DNA of 64,000 nucleotides, taken from Oopsacas minuta. Taxonomy: Eukaryota > Animalia > Porifera. Positions 46,471-60,305 of the stretch are shown here, one piece after another. Under the pieces are notes generated by a model. The model worked only from the letters and a program-made list of their open reading frames with translations. It did no database searches and was not told the origin of the DNA. Both the position numbers and the translations under genes were made by a program. Position 1 is the first letter of the stretch. Each line of letters opens with the position of its first letter. The stretch is from the NCBI GenBank assembly GCA_024704765.1, contig JAKMXF010000110.1, positions 558,001 to 622,000 of the forward strand. The letters run 5' to 3'.

Positions 46471-49400
46471 TTACGCCTCCGCTTCTTCATCTCCTCCTCT
46501 TCCTACAGCCTTGCTAGGAGATTTTGTCCTGTCCACATACTCGAAGAAGGCCTGTCTGGTCAGATGCTTTTCTCTCAGAATCATAGTTTGTATTGATTCG
46601 GGTATGTCTGGTATTAGCCAGGCTATTAGTGCAGTCAGTATGAACACAAAATGCTAAAAGAAATATATGTAAATGGATACAGTTGTGTTGATCTATTAGT
46701 AAATGCTCTTTGGCAAGTTTTAAGGGGCAAATGATTTGTCATTTATACAGAAAAGGTTGCTAATTTGCAATGGAAATTCATGCAAATATGACTCGCAGTT
46801 ATGTAAAATACACCTTGATTTTTGTCTGTGTCGCTGGTGCAAGCCAACAATCTGATTAGCCGCATTCAAATTATTAATAAAGTGGTAAATAGTAATCCCA
46901 GCTGATACTTGCACCAAGAATGCAATCAATGGCCATAGCAAGTCAATGCAAAACAGGCCAATTAGTGAGTATGAAAATTCCGGTAAAACGGTGGTTACAC
47001 AGCTGTTTCTATCTCTATTTTACACCCTACTATTCCTCACCTCAAACAAAAGCACAAACACAACTTTAGCTAGAGACACTCTGAAGAAATACTCATTATG
47101 AGGAGAATTCTCTGCAAAAGGATTTGGTTGAAACCTTCCTCTAAACCTAAATAGAAACAATAAATATACACTTGAGTGGACATATTTGGAGATCATGGTC
47201 TCTAAATGGAGCCCACTACTGCCTACAGTCTTTCCCGAGGCGATATATACATACATTTGATAGGCAATTATCTACTCCACATACTCTGAGTAAAAATCGA
47301 GACAACTAATTTAGTGGACATCGCAGAAGGTAACATAATTAATTAAACTGGACTCCAATAATGTGGGACAATTTACGTTTTTGGCAATTTTCGGGAGAAT
47401 ATTTGTCTCAATTCCAGACGTCCCGCCAAAAACAGGCTATAGTTGCCAAGTATGCGATAGAGTTTTTGAGTCGGATAGCACGTATAAGTTACCTGCAGAA
47501 CTGTCCTGGAACAAGTCTTGATACATTACAATACAACGAATCATCATAGCTACTATTGGGGAGATTTCTATATAGAATATCTGTAACATTAGCTGCAGGA
47601 GCCTGAATACGAATAGATTCACAGCATGTAACACCGGGCGCAGTTACATTCCATATTGTTGAGCAGTTCGGGCTGTTGTTGGATCCGCAACATTCAATTC
47701 TAAAATAATTACATTAATAATATTATATTAAATCGTATAATTATTTTGTAATACAAACAAAGTTCAAACTCACGCTCTAGACAAATATGGTTGGTAAAGG
47801 GGGCAGCCCTCATCATCAGTACAATTGGGGTCTGTAAGTCTCTGGAATGATGGATCGGGGAAAGTCACTGAATCTAAAAGGTTCTCGATCGGAACAATAC
47901 CTAGCGTCCAGTTGAAAAACCCGTCAAGATTATCATAGTTTGCTATGCCGAGAGGATTAATTGAAGCATAGGACGCTCTGTCGATGAATGTTGCAGTGAA
48001 CGCAATAAGGAATGCCTATACGCAATAATATATGACACTAGACACTGCTAATGAGTAATTTATTTCAGCTCCACATGATCTCCCATCTAAGCATACGGGC
48101 AGGTGGAATTTCATATCTAACCAGTTTATGACGTTACCATAACACAAAGTAGACAATTCAGGAAAATTTCAATGGTTCAACTTGTAAATATGGTAATTAA
48201 GCGTGTTAGAGGCGGTCTGTGAGGATAAAATCACTACTATTCACCCGTTAGCTAGTAAATATATTGTGTAGTTGAATTTCAATGATAAAAATGGTGAAAT
48301 AATGAAAATATTCATGTGACAGGTAAAATCGACTCGGGGGCGGTGGAGTATACGACTATACGAAACATATAAACTTACATTACTGATGACTGCACACTTG
48401 GCGATTGTATCTAGAATTGAATACCATATGCCAATATCTGCTGCTCGGATGGCAACAACTTTACGCTGTAGACAAAGGTATTTGAAGGCGTCCAATCGAA
48501 TTTCTGCATAGTTGTTGAGAAGTGCAAAAAAAGGAGCCAAGGGGAAAGATGCGACGAATAGTGTGACGAAGCCGAATTGGATAACTATAAATAGAAGTTA
48601 AGAGATAAGTGGTTCCCAATCTGGGGTACACGGATCCCTTGGTGCTACACAAATGACAGTAGGGGGTCCAGTCCAAAAAATGTTGGGAAATTATCCTAAG
48701 ATTAGAAAATCCAGTTTTCAATATCTTTTCAAGAAACAACTTTATTCCAAAGGAGAATATATAATATTTTTTGGGAGTATACTACCTGCTACATTTATGG
48801 ATGTAAAAGTTACTTACTTAATTCAAGATATTCTCCAAATAGACCAAACGAGTCCTCTGGAGGGAGATCAAAATCCTGTTCGTAACGGGTATAAATGTCC
48901 TCTTCCTTGTCCGCTTCAGTCTTCTTACGGTTCTTGAACCAATTTATGAGACGTTTGATTATATACTTAACAACAGGCACACCAAGTTCTTTCCCATTAT
49001 TCAATATCTGTTTACCCAGAAATACGATTGCAAGTTGTAGACACAGCTCAAGAAGGCATCCATAAGGTTGGCACTAATGGTTTTATACATTGATTAATAC
49101 TTTCCAATTTGTGATAAATCCAGGAAAATATTGGGAAATGTCTTCGCCAATTTTCCCGAAAAAATAGCCAGAAAATGCTATTTATGGTTGTAAACTTGGA
49201 AATCTCAGGAAATTATTGTTCCTAATAGCCATTACCCAAAGGGTCAACTAGTAAGTATCAGTAACGTAGGGCAAGAGAGCGTGTGAGACCCCAGAAATTC
49301 TGAACTTCCTGATTTAATTATAAATTGTTTGTTTGTTTGTTTGTTTACTATAAACAACATACCTCCTCCAGTTTAAATCCAGGTATACCAGGGTAAGGTA

Positions 49401-52400
49401 CAAACAGCTTTCCTTTTATAAATGCAATATAGAAAATTGAAGAATAGAAATTCACACATTGGAAGACGAACATCTTGAAAGTGAAACTGTCTTCATGCTC
49501 GGTTTGCGTGCGATGTAACTCCCAGTCAGTTAGTATTAAAGCGAGGTATGTGTAGATCTAAAAATAGACAAAGGAAATTTACTGTTGTCCTCATTCATTA
49601 GTATTGTGACTTATATTTTACAATGGTTGTGAAGGACTTGTTAGAGCTACAGAACCTGAAATTTGGCATTTCTATACAAATTAGCTGAACTTCGAAAATT
49701 TTAATATATCAAACAAAAATCTTCACAAATGTCTGAGAAAGGGTGACAAAATCTTTTTGACCTATCAGATTTGAAGATTTACAAAGTGTATAGACAGAAC
49801 TATTACGATTGGATTTCTAACACTGTAATTTGATTGGTGTAGGGAAATACCATCAACATACCTTGTTCATAATAACAATGAATACCAGCTGTAAAACAGC
49901 TGCAGATATACTAACACAAATACCAATAAATGGCACAATTGACGCGTAACCATCTCTAGCTGCTATAACACTCAATTCATTTCTTGTTAACACTTTATAG
50001 AAGATCACTGCTATCACAAATATTACTACAACCGTTACAGTTGTAGCCAGGATACTTATTGTGCCCATAATCTTGCTGAAGAAAATGAACTGTGGCTGTT
50101 TGAATTCTTCTATCTACAAATTTATGAAGGTTTATACAAGAAATATACAAATATCCATGGTTAAAGATGCTTTTAAAACAATAACTATTTGCAAACAGGA
50201 GTTTATATGAGCCGACTCCCTGTTTGCAATATTCTTTGGGAAATAACCTTCAGAAAAAATTGCATATCAAAGTACAATTTTCGATTCTATGCAAGTTATT
50301 GTGAAAATACTTTGAATATTTGATAATTTACCTTAGTAACAGGATCATAGTCAAACCAATAAGCTTTCCATCTCTCAGGAAAGATTTCATGTCCTCTCTT
50401 CACTCCGAGTTCATATTTAGGACGTGGTTGTTGCTAAAAACAAGTTAAAATAAATAAATTCAGAAATACTCTTTGCGTTTGCTATGATTAATCACCTCTT
50501 CCTCTTCAAATCCCAAAAGATCCCATTCGTACTGAAGGGTAGACTGTTGTCTCTTCCAAGATTCCAAGAATAGAGTACCTATTTATATACAGAGGGAATT
50601 AGGATTCCACTTAGAATTCTGAATACAGTCGAAATCGTGTTCTTGCCACAAAAAATGCAAGAGACGGGGATAACAGGGGAAGAAACCGTGGAGGAAATAC
50701 GATTTCGACTCTATGTTAATTTTGCAGAAATTCTGCCTGCAATATAATTATGACATAATAAATAAGGTACTTACACCAAAAAGACATGAAAATAGCAAAC
50801 AAAACAGTCCCTTCATTGTCAAACAATAGAGCGAACTACAAATAAACAGAATAATAAATACAAACAAACAAATTAATAATATCCCCTTATTTGGTATCAT
50901 AACTTACCCAAAATGCTGTACACGCAGATTCCAGAAACCAAAAGTCACATTTACCACCGTTACAAATTGGACACATGTAGTAATCCGTGGGTGGGTCATT
51001 GCAGGCTTGCCTCCTATAAAACATATGATGTCATAATAATTTCTGATGTCAGGTGCCAACTGAGGTTATTATGAGTATACACGCTAAATTTGTTAATCTC
51101 CAAGGCGTGATCAAGAGAGTACACACAGAAAATTGGAAATATATACTAGCCAATACAGTATTGTCTGCACAGTAAAAATAGTTTCAAATACACAAAAACA
51201 CATACGTAATAGTGTACATGTTATTGACTATGTTATTGACTATGTTATTGACTAGTTTTCCATATATGTAAGTATGTTACATCTACAAACAACTCACGCA
51301 ATAGGATTTCTTGCTGTTCCTAGTGTAGTCAGTCCGTAAATGAACACCAGAATACCAATTATGGTTGAGAGATGCAGCCATTTAGTATAGGTGCCTGCAA
51401 ATTATAATAAAATGAAAAATAAGTATATACACAGACAATTCCCCTCAAATCTGAATTGTATAAAGATAGTCCTAATCGTAGCATAAGTTCATCGGCTATA
51501 TCTAAGGAATTATCGCGATCCATATACGTAACAGGAGTTGAGTGTGTATTTATATGAAAGTTTGTGTAATTCAGAATTGCAAATGATTTGTAACTTACCA
51601 AGGAATGCGAAATAGATAGCAACTTTCTCACCAAAGTATTCTCTAAACAAGGAAACAAAAGTAAATAATAATAAATAATCATAGAAACAAACATACCTTA
51701 TTTCATCCAAAGGTTGTTTCTTGTAGAAAGCCCAAGGGCTAGCCCATTCACGGAAGAGTGACTAAACAAGTACGAACACAAATAAGTAAACAAACTTACA
51801 AACAAAGGTTAATACATAAACAATCACATACTTGTCTGAAGTTGATAGGGTCTCCTCTGGGCTTAACATAGTAGTTACCATCATGTAGTGGAAATGCAGC
51901 TGAGTATACTCCTTTATCCAACAGCCTATCGATTCCTATAGAATTACAATGTGTATGAACAATGTACGTAGATATGCTTAGACCCACTTCACTTGCTCGC
52001 AACTCTTACCAGTGTTTCAATCAAATTGGACAAAATATCCAAGATTTCAATCTGTGCGGACAGCTTAGTATACCAATTGAATTTTCTTTATTAGAGGCAC
52101 AATGAAGATTTACATTATACCAATATGCTTAATGCCTCCAATTAATAGTGCTGTTTTTAATATTTTCAAGTGATATACTAAGCTGTTGGCAGTAAACTCT
52201 TTAAATATGTCAGTTACCTGTTTTGGGATCATTCTTTTTATACGGCGTATCCATTAAGAGATTATAAATCTACAAATATTCAAATGAATAAATACTTTCC
52301 TAGTTTGTTAACAAATTCAAAATACATACAATCAAGCTTCTCTGTGCATCTGTGAAGAATGTATCCTTATTTTCATGTCCAATGAAGCTAAGAAACAAAC

Positions 52401-53992
52401 AAATATAAACTCACTACGTACAAACGGTCCATGCAAACAGGACAACATGTGAATTGGTTAGATTCACCTATACATTTCCAAGATTTATACTCATAAAACT
52501 CACTTTTCCAAGTTCTGAGGCTTGAAAATAGCAGTGTAAACGTCCTTAGCTTGAAATTTCTCAGGGAATACAGGTTCAGTTGGATCTTTGATCTTGCAAC
52601 ATTTCAATATTTTCTCTAAGAGAGTCGAGCTACTCGTATCTTGATCCTAGATAATATTCAGGTAGCATCGAGAGCTTAAGATAGGTATTCTACACATTTT
52701 GTATAGTATACATATATACTTACATGGATGGGAACACGTAGATTGATCTTCTCAGCGTATTGTGCTAGAATCTTCCAAGTTCCATGGATTTTCACAAAGG
52801 TTGTCTTGCAATCAGGAGATTCCTGCAAAAGTAATTGAAGTATAATAATATATGAAGTGAATAGAGTCCAGGTGAAGGCGGCAGCAGGATTCAAAAGACC
52901 CCTTGGATGTAATTTTGAGCCAAGCTACGAGTAGTTGGAGTGGAAGTTTGGAATTGGCCGTTATCAGCACTGTAGCTACAGCCAATATTATGTCGTTTGA
53001 ATTTAATCACTGATAAAAATTACAGAATTTTCATGAGTTTTATACGGCCATGTGTGGGACATACGGTACCAAAATTCCACCGGGCCTGTTATTAATGACA
53101 AAACTTACATCTGGATTTTGGATTTCAATCTCAACTCCTGCCTTTATCAGTTGATTAGTGAAGTACTCTCTCATTTCTTCCTTTTCATTTTCTTTATCAC
53201 TGGGAGTACCATCTTTCTGAGTTGTCTTTGCGTAGGTCAGAATAAAATCTATAGAACAAATCTGATATTCAATATTTATGTATGTTGGAAAGTGTATGCA
53301 ACCTTGCAAATTTGTGCAATTACATTGTATGTAGCCCTAAGGCTGCAACCGAATATCAGTATTCGGTATTCGGTTGGCCCAGACCGAATATCATCAGTAG
53401 TATTTGGTTGATCTAACCGAATATTATCAGTATTCGGTTAGGCTACTATTCATGAATACTGATATTCGGTTCTAGCGGTTTCAACCTTGGTTGCCATACA
53501 TATGGTTGCATTTTGCATGTTGTTAAGTTTCAAAAGGGCCGTTGATTGAAACGGATTCAAAATTTGCCGTCTTGGGTAAATATGAAACTGTGCGGTCTTA
53601 TTTCCAATTTCCAGTAAGGTTTAACCAAATCCAAAGATTATTCCATTCCAAAATATGTACTGCCCTAGAAGACTGCATAGTTCGTTAAGTGGAAGGCCAG
53701 GCCCATGTCTTAAAATTTGAAACATAACTAACCAATTTTCCTGACTCCATCATTAAAGAATACACTCCTCTCTTTAGCAGCCTACAAACAAACAAAATTA
53801 TAAGTACAATTCGCACACAAATCTCACTTTCAAATACAGTGGCAACATGATCCCCCTATCTCATGCTACCTTATTTTCTTCGGGGTTTTTCATATCCTCC
53901 ATCTTAACAGATTCCTTTGAGGGACTCCCTGGTCCCTCTGGTCCACTCGCTGTTGTAATTTGAGGCTCCAAAGCTTCATAGCCGGAAGCCAT
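46471..53992 (-). CDS. Anoctamin/TMEM16 (Ca2+-activated Cl- channel or scramblase), multi-exon, with N-terminal dimerisation domain; shortest N-terminal variant shown
   Basis: FFNDGVRKI|DFILTY; VKIHGTW..LAQYAE; [10 protein letters not shown]; [15 protein letters not shown]; EYLEL|[33 protein letters not shown]; AWLIPDIP; stop at 46471. Paralogue not assignable by eye. Confidence 0.9.
53338..53480. repeat. Internally repetitive palindromic element (accgaatatcagtattcggt units) in an anoctamin intron; MITE-like
   Basis: Several inverted aaccgaata/tattcggtt motifs. Confidence 0.6.
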
Positions 53993-55078
53993 GCTAATTA
54001 AATTATACTCTCGTTAATACGAATACCGAGTATCAGTGGCAATTGTCCTTAATCGAAGTTTCATTGAAATACATTGAAGATGTACAAATATAAGAGAATC
54101 CACAGTATACTTATATGGAAATTATTTGGCTGTAGACGTGTGTGATATATGAGGGGTGTTTCTTTGTATATTTTATGATTTGAAGATTTTGAATAATTAG
54201 AATTTGAAAGCCGAAATGCTCTGTAGCTAATGGAATTTTTATAATATGTGTATATATTCAATTATATTGGCATCAACAACATAATTAAGTTATGCTAATC
54301 ATCCACAAATTGAATGTAAACAATCGGCCAAATGCGCTTAATTAATTGAAATTCTCCTGCAAGTATTTGAAAGAAACTTTTGGGTACAAAAAATCATTAA
54401 AAGTGTCTATTAAACACAAATAGTGCCTCGAATAATAAAATAGTTGATTTTGTTGGACAATCGGTAAATACCGAATATATATCTCTACGAGTCCTGACAA
54501 TATACCTATAGCATTACACTGATAATGTGGTAGAGTTATGAAATATAATAAATAGAATATTTCCATAATTTGCTATAATCGAATCTAACACATAGAAATA
54601 TGGATTTGTGAGTGAGACATGCGAATTTATTATTCAGAGATAGTTACAATGTATTTTTATTCAAGTCTGTTATATTATAGAAAACTGTTCAGACAATTAG
54701 AATCCCACATTTATAGTATATTATGTTTTCAAATGGTCGCGGTTGTGGGTTGGAATCGCTATCGTTTTCTAGATGTTCCTTTCCCCATAGGGTGTTTCCA
54801 GCGCCCCCCATACCCCAGCTAGAACTTGTGTCTCTCAAATTTCAAACCCACACGGGGCCACACGAATGGTTGAAGCAGAGAACGTTTATCTTGAAGCATA
54901 CTTTTATGAATTTTAAGACATGCATTTGTATTATTGATATGTGGCCTTACTCATAATTGTCCCTCGGGGAGTACGCACATGACCACACGTTACCACTATG
55001 CTGTTACCCTTTGGAAGCGTGTCGTCACGTTCGAATGGTGTCCTACACAAACATTTACAAATACAATGTATCAATTAC

Positions 55079-55138
55079 CGGTTTGCATCCGATGAGGGTA
55101 CACTCTTCGCTTTGAGTCAACTCAATATCATCAGCCAT
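55079..55138 (-). CDS. Anoctamin alternative first exon B (MADDIELTQSEECTLIGCKP)
   Basis: ATG, 20 open codons, phase-0 GTAATT donor compatible with the phase-0 common exon at 53781. Confidence 0.6.
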
Positions 55139-55799
55139 GAATAATAAAATTTCAATTACTTAAATTCAATACAAAATGTCTTATAGCTAACTTAGCTAGT
55201 GAATATTGGACAACTGGTTAGAAAACCTATACAGTTCGTAGATAAAGTGAAGTCTTTTTGATTCTATGAATAACTTTGTGCATTTCTATTCATTTGAATC
55301 CGTAATCTATCCCGCACCTTTTTGCTTAAAAATATTGGTAAAATTGTCTATTCATTTTCAGATACCACACCGTTATTAATTCATTCAAAGGCTTTATAAT
55401 ATTTTCACAGGTTATACAAAAATAGTATATTTCATTATTGTATGTAATTGTGCTAGTTCAACAAATTCGAGCCAAAAAAAGCTGATAAAATAGCGCTCAA
55501 GGGTTCTCGCTCCATATTTGAAGGGGCGGACCCTTGAAGTGTCCATATTTGACTTCTTAGTGTGGCTGATATAAATTATTCATTGACTAATCTCAATTCT
55601 ATGAATATTCAGCTAAAAAGATGAAAGGCAAAACTACTCAATCTATTCCTTACGTAGATTGAATGAATAAGTACAGTCAGCTCCAGTTATATCGAAGCTG
55701 AAGGGACCGCGATGATTGCTTCGATATATCCGTGTTCGGTTGACTATAGATTCATGTGTGTATTTCCTTAAAATATATTAAAACCCTATGAATAATTAC

Positions 55800-55889
55800 C
55801 TTGATTTCTTTTTGAGATGATGATGGTGCAATCAATGGCTGCTCGGTAAGCTCGATTTCCTTAGAAGGCTCAATATCATTGTCTGCCAT
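55800..55889 (-). CDS. Anoctamin alternative first exon C (MADNDIEPSKEIELTEQPLIAPSSSQKEIK)
   Basis: ATG, 30 open codons, AAG|GTAATT phase-0 donor. Confidence 0.7.
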
Positions 55890-56737
55890 TGTAAAATTAT
55901 GAAAACTGATTGGCTAAACTGCTACAACGCTTCCCAGATTGGTATAAATAACTGGACTGGGCCTATGATTCAAATTAGTAGTTCTAGAATTTCTAATCAG
56001 TTTTGTAGTCAATTACGTGCAATCTGATATATCAATGAAATTCTATCTTTTTACACATATAGAATCAAGAAAAAATATATTTTACTGGTAATAGTGATAT
56101 AATTGGAATTACAGATAATGTTACCACCCCTCAATATTAACCCATTATGTGGACATTTTATATTGGACCACAAATTTTTGCATTTATAGAAGAGTAATTC
56201 ATTTGGAACTTTATTGTCTATGTGTCCATTATTGAAATCAGTGTTAGGTGAAAGTATTTGCATTGTCATATTGGAAGTAATGATAATATTTGATAATGTC
56301 ACAGTTGCAGAATTGGTTGCCCTTTATATGATAGCTAAAATATTGCAATACAATTGTTCTGTACAGAAATATATGTCACTCGATTTGATCAAATTTTAGT
56401 GCATTTTATCTACAAGAACCCTGCAAAGACTTCGAATAATGAGTGAGAATTCCGAGTGTATTATTTAAAAATTTTACTGGATATATATATATATATATAT
56501 ATATAAGGCCCAGCGGACCAGACATGACATTTCTTGTACCAAGTTTTTCCAATTTGCTTCCGACTTTTGTGACCGTTTTTAACTCTTTTATAACAAACAT
56601 TTATTTCTAAAATTAGTAGCAAATCTAAGATTCCAAACTTGGTGTCAATTTTGGGTAAATTTGATTTCCAAACATTTCTATTTTGTTGAGTGGTGGGTTT
56701 CTTCAAAAAATGGATCAAAATATGTTTATTTTCTTAC

Positions 56738-56878
56738 CTCAGCTCGGGGGGTAGTTACAAGAAGCGGCGATTCTTCATTCGGAGTTAAGTTTTTAGTTTT
56801 TCTCATCTCAAACGAAACTGAATCGAGTTTCCCTGATTCACCGGAATTATATTTTTCATCCAATGTTTCATAAGCCAT
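56738..56878 (-). CDS. Anoctamin alternative first exon D (MAYETLDEKY...NEESPLLVTTPRAE)
   Basis: ATG, 47 open codons, GAG|GTAAGA phase-0 donor. Confidence 0.7.
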
Positions 56879-57507
56879 CAATACAACAACTAATTAAATA
56901 CAGATTTTTGCGATTTATAGCAATGCATAGTAGATTCCATTACGAAACCACTCAACAAATAATCCTATGCATTACTATAGGGTCTTATCGACATTCACAG
57001 AAACCATTCAATCTTACTGTAATACTTGTTTACTTCTAGTAATGAAGTTTTAATAAAGTTTCATATCAAGTGAAGCCTTCACTTGTTTCTTGATAAGCTA
57101 CTTATTTATTTATTCAATTTTCTTAACAGAGATTTTAGAATATTCGCATCAAAATGCTTACTCCACAGAAAGTACGAATATTTGTGTAGGAGGCTTGTGA
57201 GGGGTCCTTGCCCAATTGGATGGGACATGGCGCCTTAAGTAGTCCCGTCACCCGCCAGTGGGGAGTAAAGTGACCGCTGGACCTGTCGTATGGCCTCCTG
57301 TGTTCCTGTCATTGATGCCTCTTTCACCCTTGGAAACTATTCAAAATGTTTCGCCTTGAGTAAGCGTGTTGTCCATATAGGGTATTTTAGTCATAATTAT
57401 TACGTATATTTATGGCTAGAATATTAGTTCTTAATTACACTACTTGTATCATTTGTCTATGACGGAAAATATATAAATAGGCAGGTTTATCACCAAAGTG
57501 TACTTAC

Positions 57508-57949
57508 CTCTTCCTTTACTTCAATGTATTGCTCTCCCTTTCCAGTACCAGTACTACCAGGTTCCCATATTAATATATCTTCGATTTGATCAGCTGATTG
57601 GTAAGAGCCTTTCTAAAATAAGCAATATATTCAAACTTATCTATAAAGGCAACCGAATGGGCTGGCCAAAAGTGGCCGTTATATTCAGGTGACCGAATTC
57701 CTAATCCCATAATAATGAACTTCCATAAACGTGGAATTTTGTAGCAACTCCTGCGGAGGTTACACTATACATTGTATTGCCTTGATTTATAACCTTCGCT
57801 AATTATAATATTTATAGCAAAAAACTATCAACAATGAACATATCAAAAGTACAGACTCCTTCAAAATAAATACACAATAAGAACAACAAACACACTTTAA
57901 CATTTCCCGGAACAAGCCTTTGTTTCTCAGGACTAGTAGACATTGCCAT
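57508..57949 (-). CDS. Anoctamin alternative N-terminus E, two exons (57949-57896, 57612-57508)
   Basis: MAMSTSPEKQRLVPGNVK|gtgtgt ... tttag|KGSYQSADQ...YIEVKEE|gtaagt; all junctions phase 0. Confidence 0.65.
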
Positions 57950-58756
57950 CAAATGAATTTTGCATTTTACGAACGGATTAGAATATAAATATCTTCAATG
58001 AAACATACCTACTCTACTTACAATGGAATATTTTCAGTAGCCCTAGAAGAATGAGAATAAATAGAATTTTAATTAGTCTAATTATTTGAAAAATCTCAAT
58101 GAAAATGTAAGGTAATTAAGATTTGTATTTTAATGTGTGGAGCCCTTATTAGCGTATATTATTACAAAATCCAAGGCTTCACACCTAATTAAAGGAAATA
58201 TTATCACCTTGTATTTATGCAAAGAATACATGGTAGAATCAATAATTGTGTGTTTCATATTACAAAAAGTTTTTCTGGGAATATTACGTATAAAAGATCT
58301 GTAGACACACTTGGCAACTCTCTATAACTTTTCCCCGCATTTTCGAATAATTCCCGGATTTCCAAGTGCTAATAAGTTACCTCCATATGTAGCAATTCTA
58401 GGCTATCATTTCGGAAAAGAGATGCGGATATTTCAAATAGTTCCCCTGGAGTCTCAAATCAATCTCTGGATTCCTTTTAAAGCCCGGGATAATCCGGTAA
58501 GTATGCATATATGTGCAATGTGGTGCATATATAGTTATCAGTAATAGAGCAATGAATACTACAGCGGTAAAATAACCAGTCGTAGGGGGTTTCAATTGGC
58601 GGAACTTTCCCAAAATTTTTGAACACATCTGGGGACCCCTCAAATGAAATCCTACATAGCTAACAATCTGTTTATTTGGAATATGAATGAGTATGTAGAG
58701 TAACTATATATGTGTACTATTGTATTATTTGGGTATTATCCAGAAACATTAGTTGT

Positions 58757-59944
58757 ATGGCAGAAATTCTTAAAGTTAAGCCTGATTTGATCGTGGATAT
58801 ATTGTATATACAAGAAGTAATCTTTGAGTATAAGGTTGAAAAGAGTGCTGGCTATAAGAAGGACTATTTAGATCAGGAATTAGGTGAGATGGTGGTGGAT
58901 TTCATAACTTGTCCGTGTTGTAAGGGAATTATGCGAGATGCTATTATCTCTAGAGGAAAAATAACCTGTAAGGAATGTTCTACAAATTCGCTGTCAATGA
59001 ACCCGGTTGAGCAGGTGAGAAATTGTGTATCCAATCTTAAAATTAAGTGTCCACTATTGAGGGAATGTGATTGGAGAGGGAAACTATGCGAAGCAGAGAA
59101 ACATTTGCAAGAATGTGGAAATTGCCGAATTCTGTGCCCTCTGGAATGTGGCACAGTTATTCAAAGGTGTGAATATATTCACCATATCGATGTACAATGT
59201 GAACTAGGCAGAGTAAATTGTATGTATTGTGGCCAAGAATGTTTCCGTAAATCTTTATCCAGACACCTAGAATTATGCCTTGAACTTCCGGTCAAATGTG
59301 ATTGTGAGGAAGAATTTAGCCTACCAGAATATGCTAGCCATATTGATACTGAATGCCCATTGTCTTTGATGGAATGTCCTTATGCTAAATATACATGTAA
59401 CGTTGGCTCTATTTTCAGAAAAGACCTTTTAGCACATAAAAACGAATACTATATCGAGCACCAAGACATGATGGAAGAAGAACAGGGTCGAATTAAAAAG
59501 CAAATGAATTCAATTGTTGTTGAATTGAACGTGAAAAGAGATATGGAGAAAATTGAATGGAAAATATCAGATATCTCATCGATCGAAAATGAGCTATATG
59601 GACCTACTTTCAAAACTGGAGCTTCTAGGTTTAGATTAATGCTGCATAGAATTGGCCCATTGTGCATTGGCATCAAAAAATTGGGCAGAAGTGTACTTTC
59701 TGATCCACAAGCAACCTCATTTCAATTATGTTTGACCTCAGTTAAAGAGTTAGTGGAAATGTATCACGCTGAAACATCTATAGCTAATAGGGATGTAGGA
59801 CAAACGATGTATCCACTATTCAACCTAACAGAACAAATACTCTCAGAGTATGTTCACCCTGACAACAGTCTTGTTATCAAAATATGCTTCAAGGTGATCG
59901 ACTTAAGAGAATTTCGGTGCCTTGAATTAAATAACACCATTTGA
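58757..59944 (+). CDS. Intronless TRAF-like protein, cluster 2
   Basis: First plausible ATG at 58757; GYKKDYL, CPCC...TCKEC, KCPLLREC.W.G, zinc fingers, IEWKI MATH-like end. Confidence 0.85.
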   Translation: MAEILKVKPDLIVDILYIQEVIFEYKVEKSAGYKKDYLDQELGEMVVDFITCPCCKGIMRDAIISRGKITCKECSTNSLSMNPVEQVRNCVSNLKIKCPLLRECDWRGKLCEAEKHLQECGNCRILCPLECGTVIQRCEYIHHIDVQCELGRVNCMYCGQECFRKSLSRHLELCLELPVKCDCEEEFSLPEYASHIDTECPLSLMECPYAKYTCNVGSIFRKDLLAHKNEYYIEHQDMMEEEQGRIKKQMNSIVVELNVKRDMEKIEWKISDISSIENELYGPTFKTGASRFRLMLHRIGPLCIGIKKLGRSVLSDPQATSFQLCLTSVKELVEMYHAETSIANRDVGQTMYPLFNLTEQILSEYVHPDNSLVIKICFKVIDLREFRCLELNNTI

Positions 59945-60305
59945 ATATTCCTTGTAATTTTTTGATAGCTCTCTTGAGATTGTTGACAAATGGGTTGACC
60001 TATCAGATTTGAGTGTTTACCTAATACATGTAGGCTGATAATTATTGTATATTTGTAAGTTACTTAGTGGTTTGTGCCTATTTGAGAGTCTAAATTGATT
60101 GGTTTAGAGGAATATAATTAAATTACATTTGATTCTGACAACCAAATCTACGAAAAGGCATGCATGTAATGAAGGCATTGTTGCTATACAAGAGGTTCTA
60201 TTAATTAAATCCGATTCAAAACGTGATAAACAAACAATCTCATGTCCACACAATAAAATAGTAACTTGATTAATCCCATAAACAAGTAAATACGATGGAA
60301 ATCTC

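Noticed and set aside
54975-55050. Possible further anoctamin upstream exon (with similar candidates at ~57170-57300)
   Set aside because: Splice phases are incompatible with the phase-0 common exon, or in-frame stops are present
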